From positions 1 through 64,000 of the IMG/VR virus record IMGVR_UViG_3300045996_003052: a stretch of DNA of 64,000 nt. One strand, given 5' to 3'. Under the pieces are notes generated by a model, which did no database searches, had not been told where the DNA came from, and saw nothing but the letters and a program-made list of their open reading frames with translations. Positions 9,883-16,420 of the stretch are shown here, piece by piece (the stretch's first letter is position 1; every line of letters begins with the position of its first letter). Origin of the DNA: a virus. The position numbers and the translations under genes are program-made.

Positions 9883-10037
9883 ACGCCGACGAGAATTTAG
9901 CCCCGACGCCGTCTTCCGGCTCTAGGAGCGTGTCTATTCCTACCCAACAGAGACGGGGACATCCGCCCCGCATACCTTGGCACATCCCGCATTCTGCGGG
10001 AGGCGACAAGCGTTGCCTTCATCGTGTATTTCGGCAT
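9883..10037 (-). ncRNA. Candidate structured RNA (multi-hairpin domain)
   Basis: Outer stem 9883-9889/10031-10037 encloses five hairpins; lies between ORFs. Confidence 0.35.
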
Positions 10038-10040
10038 CGA

Positions 10041-10253
10041 TTATTTCCTCCTCAATAGAACGTCATTGAGCTGATCCCGCAGCCTGGCCGCCTCTGGCCG
10101 GGTCATCACCGGCCGCGCGAGAATCTCCAACTTTTCTGAAGGCGTCCCCTCTGAGAAATGCATAAAGATCTCCAGCTTCACGTTGCCGCCCTCCTCGCAC
10201 ACCAGGAGACGACGCCGCCCAAGGCACCTAACCATGTCCTTAAGGTGCGGCAC
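10041..10253 (-). CDS. Small hypothetical protein
   Basis: Overlaps the stop of the upstream glycosyltransferase; SD present. Confidence 0.55.
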   Translation of the reverse strand: MPHLKDMVRCLGRRRLLVCEEGGNVKLEIFMHFSEGTPSEKLEILARPVMTRPEAARLRDQLNDVLLRRK

Positions 10254-11217
10254 CGACGACCTCTTTCTCCCTTTTCGCCGCCTTCAGCGCCTCGGGGCCA
10301 CCAGGAAACCGCGCCTCGTGCCGTAGTTGTTCCCAGTTGGTGGGCCAATGGGGCACGGGCCAGAAGCGCTCAATGAGCCACTTGATGTCGTGGACCCGTT
10401 GGGTCCATTCGTCGAACATCCAGAAGTCAACGGCGGCCTGTGCGCCCCGGGCCATTTCGCCTTTAGAGATAAAGTACCCGCGGCCGTACTCCTTGCCCTT
10501 GTGCAGGTGCGCGTACCACGTCTTCTTATTCACCAGGACGCGTCCGCCGCCCAACCAGGCCTTGAGCCCGATCTCTTGAAATTCTTGCACGAAATTTCCA
10601 TATCGGTCCGTATCTAACGGACCGATATGCCGATTGAAATATTTTCGTTGCATGAACCAACAAGAGCCCTGGGACGACATCTCCTCATCGATAAGGATGT
10701 CTTGACGTTCATGAGCCCGTTTGGTCCAAACGGTCCCATGAAGGCCGACGCCGGGGCGGTCGGCCTCATACGGCCATGACAGGTAGTGGTAGTCGACGGG
10801 TTTCTTGCCAGTTTCCTTGAACTTCCAATTTTCTGGGTCGAGGGAGTACCTACGGGGTACTACCACCGTCTGCCTATCGCATTCTTCCTGGAGGGCTACG
10901 TCGTAGCCCTCGGCAAGCATACAGTGGGCGTCGAGCTTCATTAGGAAATCGCCAGTCGCGACGCGCGCGCACGCGTTGATAACCGTGCGCATCCCCTGCG
11001 GCGCGCCGAAGTGGACGGCGTGAACCCGCGGATCCCGCCAATCTACCTCGTGGGTAGTCCCGTCCCCGTGGGTCACAGGGACAGGCCAATACCCATCGAG
11101 GCCTACCAGAACCTCCACGTCGCCCCGGGCCTTAGCCAGGACGTCGTTGACGGTCCGGGCCATGAACTGCTCGTTGCGCGACGGGATGATGACGGAGACT
11201 TTTAGCGTCTTGGGCAT
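10240..11217 (-). CDS. GT-A glycosyltransferase, ppGalNAc-T-like; paralog of the 5603..7252 N-domain
   Basis: VSVIIPSRNE, KLDAHC, GSCWFM, EIGLKAWLGGGRVLVNKKTWYAHLHK. Confidence 0.85.
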   Translation of the reverse strand: MPKTLKVSVIIPSRNEQFMARTVNDVLAKARGDVEVLVGLDGYWPVPVTHGDGTTHEVDWRDPRVHAVHFGAPQGMRTVINACARVATGDFLMKLDAHCMLAEGYDVALQEECDRQTVVVPRRYSLDPENWKFKETGKKPVDYHYLSWPYEADRPGVGLHGTVWTKRAHERQDILIDEEMSSQGSCWFMQRKYFNRHIGPLDTDRYGNFVQEFQEIGLKAWLGGGRVLVNKKTWYAHLHKGKEYGRGYFISKGEMARGAQAAVDFWMFDEWTQRVHDIKWLIERFWPVPHWPTNWEQLRHEARFPGGPEALKAAKREKEVVGAAP

Positions 11218-11221
11218 ATTT

Positions 11222-11422
11222 TCAATATGCCTTGGACACTAACGTCACTTCAACGTCGCCGACCTGCACCTTGAGGTGGGCGGTGCCGTTGGCGGCCTCC
11301 ACCCACAAGTCCCCGTTAACCCGCTCGCGGGGAGCCATGAGCGTGGGGTTGGAGAGCTTCGTGACTTCCCGTTGGTCCCTAAAGATCTTAGACCGTCGCC
11401 TGGGAGGGCTTGTCTTCGCCAT
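11222..11422 (-). CDS. Small hypothetical protein
   Basis: GGAGGT SD. Confidence 0.6.
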   Translation of the reverse strand: MAKTSPPRRRSKIFRDQREVTKLSNPTLMAPRERVNGDLWVEAANGTAHLKVQVGDVEVTLVSKAY

Positions 11423-11434
11423 CTATTTACCTCC

Positions 11435-11716
11435 CTAGCTCGGTGACACCGAGGCTGACGGGCTCTTAGAAGCTGAAGGTGACTTTGAGGCCGACGGGCT
11501 CTTGCTCAGTGATGGTGACGCGCTCAACGAAGGTGACGGGCTGTGCGACGGTGAAACCGACCGGCTCAAGCTGGCTGATGGGCTCTTTGAAGCCGAGGCT
11601 GATGGGCTCTCTGACGGCGACGCGGAGACGCCGAGGCGGTTCTCTACCTCCGCCATCTTTTCCTCTAGCAGGTCGACGCGGTCGCTAAGTAGCTTGAAGC
11701 GAAATTGCCAAGACAT
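11435..11716 (-). CDS. Small coiled-coil protein with C-terminal SPSAS repeat (first gene of the operon)
   Basis: AGGAG SD; ~28-aa heptad helix followed by ~63 aa of Ser-X repeats ending SASVSPS. Confidence 0.75.
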   Translation of the reverse strand: MSWQFRFKLLSDRVDLLEEKMAEVENRLGVSASPSESPSASASKSPSASLSRSVSPSHSPSPSLSASPSLSKSPSASKSPSASKSPSASVSPS

Positions 11717-11811
11717 GAAGGCTCCTAATTTTCACCGCCTACCGCCTTAGGCGGTAGCGGAGACCATCACCCCGAGGTATTCGGGGCGACACACGGTAGC
11801 CGATTTGACTG

Positions 11812-11840
11812 ACTATATCACGGGCAATTTTGGTTGTACA
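11812..11840 (-). promoter_or_regulatory. Promoter for the leftward glycosylation/virion operon
   Basis: Minus strand TGTACA-N17-TATAGT, followed by a hairpin-rich leader (11735-11790). Confidence 0.6.
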
Positions 11841-12016
11841 ATCCGATTATTAAAATTTTTCCCCCCGGGATTCTCTCTGCCCGATTTGGCTTTTTCGTTC
11901 CCCTGGGGATGTAGGGGGCAACAGTCCCAAAAGTAAAAATTAGTTGGATGTACAACAAAAATTTAATCATAAATTTATATTATCAAATCATAAAAAACAT
12001 TTATGAACGATTTTTG

Positions 12017-12044
12017 TTGCAATACATATTGAAAAATGTAGAAT
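12017..12044 (+). promoter_or_regulatory. Rightward sigma70-type promoter with AT-rich upstream region
   Basis: TTGCAA-N16-TAGAAT, preceded by A/T tracts. Confidence 0.55.
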
Positions 12045-12064
12045 AGTCATGTAAGTAAATTGTG

Positions 12065-12480
12065 TTCTTTGAAAATTAAATAAAACCGATATGACTTTTT
12101 CCGTGTGGAGAATAACATGGCAAAAGCTAGATTATATGCATATAACCCTGACGCGGTAAAAAATGGTGACGCAAAATTGCGCCGCTATGTTGGAGAATTA
12201 AAGGGTCAAGCAAAAGTAGTGCTTGACGAACTCCGACGAAATTTGAAACCACGTCTTGCTGTTGAAATTGAAAAAACGACACCGTTTTTCGAAACCCGTC
12301 AAGAGCGATTTCGCGTAGTTCTGTATTACATTCTTGTTTTTAAATCAAAGGGGATTATTTCTACGTATGACCCAGACGTAGAAAACGAAGATGAAAATGC
12401 GTTCGCAGGTTTGATTCCAACCGACGAAAACTAAAAAATCAAAATCTTTGTCATATCGGTTTTATTTAGTTTTCAAAGAA
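12065..12480. repeat. 31-bp inverted repeat (one mismatch) bracketing one gene; left arm begins with a boxA-like sequence
   Basis: 12065-12095 TTCTTTGAAAATTAAATAAAACCGATATGAC versus 12450-12480 GTCATATCGGTTTTATTTAGTTTTCAAAGAA. Confidence 0.9.
12117..12434 (+). CDS. Winged-helix-like protein, paralog family member 1
   Basis: GGAG SD; KGQAKVVLD...RQ...RVV.YY...FK..GII motif shared with 25161 and 40001. Confidence 0.75.
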   Translation: MAKARLYAYNPDAVKNGDAKLRRYVGELKGQAKVVLDELRRNLKPRLAVEIEKTTPFFETRQERFRVVLYYILVFKSKGIISTYDPDVENEDENAFAGLIPTDEN

Positions 12481-12491
12481 AGGAAAAAAAA

Positions 12492-12617
12492 ATGTTAAAA
12501 ATTACTGATTTTATTCGTGAGATTTCAATTCAGATTTTTGGTGAAGGAAATCGAATTGATGATTTTCTTTGTCAGTGGCAATCAACCCATTATTTTGGAG
12601 GTAAAATTATTTATTAA
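12492..12617 (+). CDS. Small hypothetical protein (41 aa)
   Basis: AAGG SD; MLKITDFIREISIQ...; manual translation. Confidence 0.4.
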   Translation: MLKITDFIREISIQIFGEGNRIDDFLCQWQSTHYFGGKIIY

Positions 12618-12747
12618 AAAATAAAAACATGGCTTAATTTCCCACCAACTAGCCTGCCCCGCACCCCGGGCACCGCGCCCGGGGTCCCACCACCGACCCG
12701 TGGGCGGGGGCCGGCCCGGGTACTAGGGTCGAGGTAAGGAGCGAGGT

Positions 12748-12903
12748 ATGAATCTCACTGTGAACGGCAAGGTCTGGGCCATCGCGTGGATCGAGGTCGG
12801 CGGCTACTGGGAGGCCCGCTGCGGGCACAGGGTCCTCGAAACGTACACCATCGAGGAACTGTGTTACCTTCTTCCCCGCACGTACGTCGCCACGGAGAAC
12901 TGA
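12748..12903 (+). CDS. Small hypothetical protein (51 aa)
   Basis: GAGGT/AAGGAG SD; MNLTVNGKVWAIAWIE...; manual translation. Confidence 0.5.
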   Translation: MNLTVNGKVWAIAWIEVGGYWEARCGHRVLETYTIEELCYLLPRTYVATEN

Positions 12904-13030
12904 GATGACCGGGACCAAGAAACTGTGGTGTTGGAAATGCCGCGTGGAGCGCTGGATGGTCTGGCGCGCGGGGCTGGCTCGGTGTTATGAGTGCCTGCAT
13001 TGCGGGCGGATGACGAGGGGGTAGCCAAGC

Positions 13031-13237
13031 ATGACGGTACGGTTCGAAATGTACAACGGGTCCGATACAGATAACAGGGGCTGGACGGAGTACGTAATCT
13101 ACGACGTGCGTTCCCTGTACTACGACCGCAACGACGCCTGGACGCTGCGTATTTCGGGCGTCTGGCCTTGGACTGGGAAAGAGGAACAGAGTACGTTCTT
13201 CTACAACCCGGTGCGTAACGTGCAAGTCGGGGACTAG
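13031..13237 (+). CDS. Small hypothetical protein
   Basis: GAGGG SD; ends inside a perfect palindrome. Confidence 0.6.
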   Translation: MTVRFEMYNGSDTDNRGWTEYVIYDVRSLYYDRNDAWTLRISGVWPWTGKEEQSTFFYNPVRNVQVGD

Positions 13238-13254
13238 AGTCCCCGACTTGCACG
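13219..13254. repeat. Perfect 17-bp inverted repeat with 2-nt loop (terminator or cruciform)
   Basis: CGTGCAAGTCGGGGACT-AG-AGTCCCCGACTTGCACG. Confidence 0.8.
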
Positions 13255-13543
13255 GGGTGGTAACCTAGGTAGATCCGCAGCGCGTAATTTGCGCGGGCCG
13301 CGCCCTGAAGTCTGCGTTCTGAAACGCCATACTTCGGAAATTAACCGGCATGCCCAAGTAAACCTGGTCATGGTTTTCGGAAATTAACTACCACGCCGTT
13401 GGGCCCTCGAACGGGATATTGGGAAACGATGTCGGAAACAATTTAACCCGCCGTGTCATTTCGATGTTCTCTTCGGGAAATAATGAGTATATAATATTCA
13501 TGATGAGAAATTTATCTCACTTAATTAATCACGGAGGAAAAAC

Positions 13544-13747
13544 ATGGCAAACAGAAACGTGGCAGAGATCCTAAAAATGACGATCAGACAACCGCTTGCG
13601 CGGTTGTCGGAAAGCGAGGCTGCGGAACGGGCCGAGCGGCTACGATTAGCCGGCCACGGGTTCTCGACCGCGAGGCCCCAGAGCGAAACTCCTAAATTTC
13701 AGGAGTTCCGCAAAGACTGGCAACGCATGATGGTGCGGGAGGAATAA
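13544..13747 (+). CDS. Small hypothetical protein
   Basis: GGAGG SD; downstream of TATAAT at 13490. Confidence 0.65.
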   Translation: MANRNVAEILKMTIRQPLARLSESEAAERAERLRLAGHGFSTARPQSETPKFQEFRKDWQRMMVREE

Positions 13748-13748
13748 C

Positions 13749-14069
13749 ATGGATACCAAGAACCTCGATGATCTTCTAGAAAGCGGGGAACCTATCATGG
13801 TCGGCGACATCGAATTCACCTCGGCGGGTTTTCTGGATTACGGAAACAACGACTGTTGGGAGGTTCTCACCCCGAAGGTCCGGCCAGCTAACGCCGACGG
13901 GAACTTCGTTGAGTCCAACTACGACGTCTACTTCATCGAACACCAGGACTACCCGCACCAACTGACCGCTCGCGGTCAGTTTCTTGCGCAGGTGCCTGAC
14001 CAGCACCTCAACACCGTGATCATTCAACTCGGCCAGGTCCTGGCCGAGTACGACAAGGAAGGTGCCTGA
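13749..14069 (+). CDS. Acidic hypothetical protein
   Basis: GGAGG SD; coupled to the previous ORF. Confidence 0.65.
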   Translation: MDTKNLDDLLESGEPIMVGDIEFTSAGFLDYGNNDCWEVLTPKVRPANADGNFVESNYDVYFIEHQDYPHQLTARGQFLAQVPDQHLNTVIIQLGQVLAEYDKEGA

Positions 14070-14301
14070 CCATGGACCTCGTCATTGGGTTCGTATTCCT
14101 GTTCTGTGGGCTCGGTCTCCTTCTTGGGACCGGGCCCCGCCGTAAGGGCTGGGGCCGGAAGCGCCGGCGCGGCAGCGGGGGCACTAGCATGAAGATGTCC
14201 TCGTACCGAAGCACCAAGTCGCGGGGTAAACCGCGGCCAGGAAACTAACTAGTGGGTAGGGCCCAAATGCGGGGTATCAGGAAACGCACGCCGGACCAAT
14301 T

Positions 14302-14964
14302 TCACGTTTCCTGGTGCCCCGGCTCATCATTCGAGGCGTTTTTATCGCCAAATTCATCGCTTTTGGGCTCGCTGGAGGTCCCTGGGTCGCCATTTTCCGC
14401 GGATTGCGGCGCGGGAAACACGGGCCGGGCTACGTCTTTCACCGCATTTTCTACGACTTGCCCCTCTAGGACTGCGTCGAACGGTGACCTCTCGAGCAAT
14501 CTTTTGTCCACAGGGTGGCCTGCGGCGGCCAATCTTTCTAGTAAGGCGCGTGTCTTTTTATATACCTCGACATCAGGTAGGGCGCGCTTATCGTCGACTT
14601 CGACCTTGTGCATCGAGGCCGCGTTCAAACCAAGCAGCTTGGCCCGGCGCTCACAGAGCCGAATAAACGTGTCAACGTGCTCGAGCGAGCCGGCCTCAGC
14701 CTTGTCAGCCACAGCTTGGATCAAGCGATCAAGCCGAGCGAGCTCAAGTTCTAAAACCTGGCCTGCCTCCGCGGCCCGCAGGCGTGCCATTTTTTCAAGT
14801 TCTTGGTTCACGTACTTGTGCGCGGTGCCCAAAGAAACGCCAAGCGTGTCAGCGATGTCTGAATATGAGTATCCCTTTCGTCGTAACTCCAGCGCCTTTC
14901 GTACCACTTGGGGTAATTGCTCAGGGGTCCAAACGCGAATTCCCGGCTCGTTATGTGCGACCAT
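14302..14964 (-). CDS. HTH protein, probable terminase small subunit
   Basis: ALELRRKGYSYSDIADTLGVS HTH, ELELARLDRL helix and ERRAKLLGL, a pattern typical of phage TerS-like HTH proteins. Confidence 0.6.
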   Translation of the reverse strand: MVAHNEPGIRVWTPEQLPQVVRKALELRRKGYSYSDIADTLGVSLGTAHKYVNQELEKMARLRAAEAGQVLELELARLDRLIQAVADKAEAGSLEHVDTFIRLCERRAKLLGLNAASMHKVEVDDKRALPDVEVYKKTRALLERLAAAGHPVDKRLLERSPFDAVLEGQVVENAVKDVARPVFPAPQSAENGDPGTSSEPKSDEFGDKNASNDEPGHQET

Positions 14965-14973
14965 GGTAAGTCA

Positions 14974-15003
14974 ATCGTACAATGCTTTTCATCAGCAAGT
15001 ACA
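14974..15003 (-). promoter_or_regulatory. Promoter for the TerS-like gene
   Basis: Minus strand TGTACT-N18-TACGAT, ~9 nt before the ATG. Confidence 0.45.
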
Positions 15004-15054
15004 ATCCTATTATAAGGCACTTTCCAAACAGAGCAAACCAAAGTGGCCAGAGAC

Positions 15055-15330
15055 CAGTGTAACGTCCAGTGGTGTTACGCATAAATTACCAGGTGTAACA
15101 CGTTACGTTGCGGTGAAACACAACTTATTTCCTGATGTTACGACCCAGTATAAAAAGATAGTGTCTTTTTATTCGGGTAACACGTCAAGATATAGCAATG
15201 TTACATACTTCGTACCCCTAAGTTATTACAACGAAAGGACTTACGTACCAAGATACGTTAAATGTAACAGTAACACTAAGTCCCGAGGAATATGCAGTGT
15301 GCGGTGTGCTCCTAAGTTGTTGATTTCATT
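15055..15330. repeat. Cluster of GTAAC/GTTAC motifs plus an IHF-consensus site; candidate origin or packaging region
   Basis: About 9 GTAAC/GTTAC copies in ~220 bp of AT-rich DNA; reverse-strand AATCAACAACTTA at 15313-15325 matches WATCARNNNNTTR. Confidence 0.5.
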
Positions 15331-15546
15331 ACGTTTGCAGAATAATGAGTGCCCACATAATACTGCGGCGGGACGCACCCCATATGATATGGGGTTATTT
15401 AGATGTGCCGTATTTATAGGGAGTATTAACCCGATGACCGTGGCCGCACACCCCACTTTGGGGCCCCTTAGTATTACAAAATTTCACCGCTTCGGCACTA
15501 AACAAAAGAGTTTACAGCTAGATACAACCACATTATAATAGAGCCT

Positions 15547-16008
15547 ATGATGAAACGCATAGATAAAACGGTTGAACAGATTAACTTAATCAATTATGGT
15601 AGGTTTGAACGCCGACTCGGCGCCTTCTTCGTCTCAGGAATCTCTTTAGATTTCCTGATAAGCGAGGCACTCGAAAAAGGCCGTGAAAGTCGATGCTGGG
15701 TGTGGAAGTCCACCCTAGCAAAGCGCGGGAACTACGTGCTTCCTATGTTGAAGATCATCAACCCATATACTAAGAAGGATGAAAACGTCTATGCTAGACG
15801 ATTTGCCCGCTTTCTTACCTTCAAAGCCTATCCGCCAGTTGGGGCGTGGTTGGTACTTACATGCGGTGAGGAGAAGTGCGTTAACCCAGTTCATTGCATT
15901 GTAAGTGACGCTGAAAATTGGCACGCCGACAAGATGCAAGCGGTAATTACCGACCCTGTATTTGCCGCAGAAATTGCTGCCGCCGGAAAGAAGCAGGAGA
16001 ACAGGTAA
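15547..16008 (+). CDS. HNH-like (beta-beta-alpha metal finger) protein, possibly degenerate
   Basis: CWVW...YARR...TCGEEKCVNPVH; leaderless start 7 nt after TTTACA-N17-TATAAT (15511-15539). Confidence 0.6.
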   Translation: MMKRIDKTVEQINLINYGRFERRLGAFFVSGISLDFLISEALEKGRESRCWVWKSTLAKRGNYVLPMLKIINPYTKKDENVYARRFARFLTFKAYPPVGAWLVLTCGEEKCVNPVHCIVSDAENWHADKMQAVITDPVFAAEIAAAGKKQENR

Positions 16009-16313
16009 TGTTAAAAGTTACTTTGATAACCAGTCCCTTCATAGATGAATTTTTAAAAACTCGTTTCTCACGTGCCGGCTACGCTAACATATTCGACAAC
16101 GTGCTGTCGGTCGAAACCAACGATATCCACATCATATTGACCGTGCTCAGGGAAGACAAAAAACATATCCCGCCACACCCAGATGAAGTTTCTACCGAAG
16201 CTGCCAGACTCACCTACCAGCCAAAATTCATCTCATATGGTTGGAAGCAGGTAGTCCTTAACCTAGAACGGCGGTTCTTCCTAGACACATTTAAGGTAGA
16301 ACGTATGGAGTAA
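16008..16313 (+). CDS. Hypothetical protein
   Basis: TAATG coupling to the upstream gene. Confidence 0.55.
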   Translation: MLKVTLITSPFIDEFLKTRFSRAGYANIFDNVLSVETNDIHIILTVLREDKKHIPPHPDEVSTEAARLTYQPKFISYGWKQVVLNLERRFFLDTFKVERME

Positions 16314-16372
16314 CAATGTACTCGGCTCGAGGCACATTGTTATTTACTTTCGCACCCCGGATGTTATATAAT
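16313..16372 (+). promoter_or_regulatory. Early promoter with upstream ACAATG/CATTGT dyad
   Basis: TTTACT-N18-TATAAT; ~35-bp core nearly identical to 19799-19833. Confidence 0.7.
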
Positions 16373-16420
16373 TATCACAATGAGTTTTTTATTCACCAAC
16401 TGTCACAACGGAGGTAAAAC

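Noticed and set aside
5603-11217. Glycosyltransferases as DNA (hmC) glucosyltransferases
   Set aside because: They sit in the structural operon ~30 kb from the nucleotide cluster and carry peptide-GT-like motifs. Not fully excluded for the GT4.
12065-12480. Insertion sequence or MITE defined by the 31-bp inverted repeats
   Set aside because: No transposase and no evident target-site duplication; the enclosed gene belongs to a phage paralog family.
14252-15538. 428-aa plus-strand ORF
   Set aside because: Ser-rich shadow of the TerS-like gene running into the GTAAC repeat region; no recognisable domain or SD.
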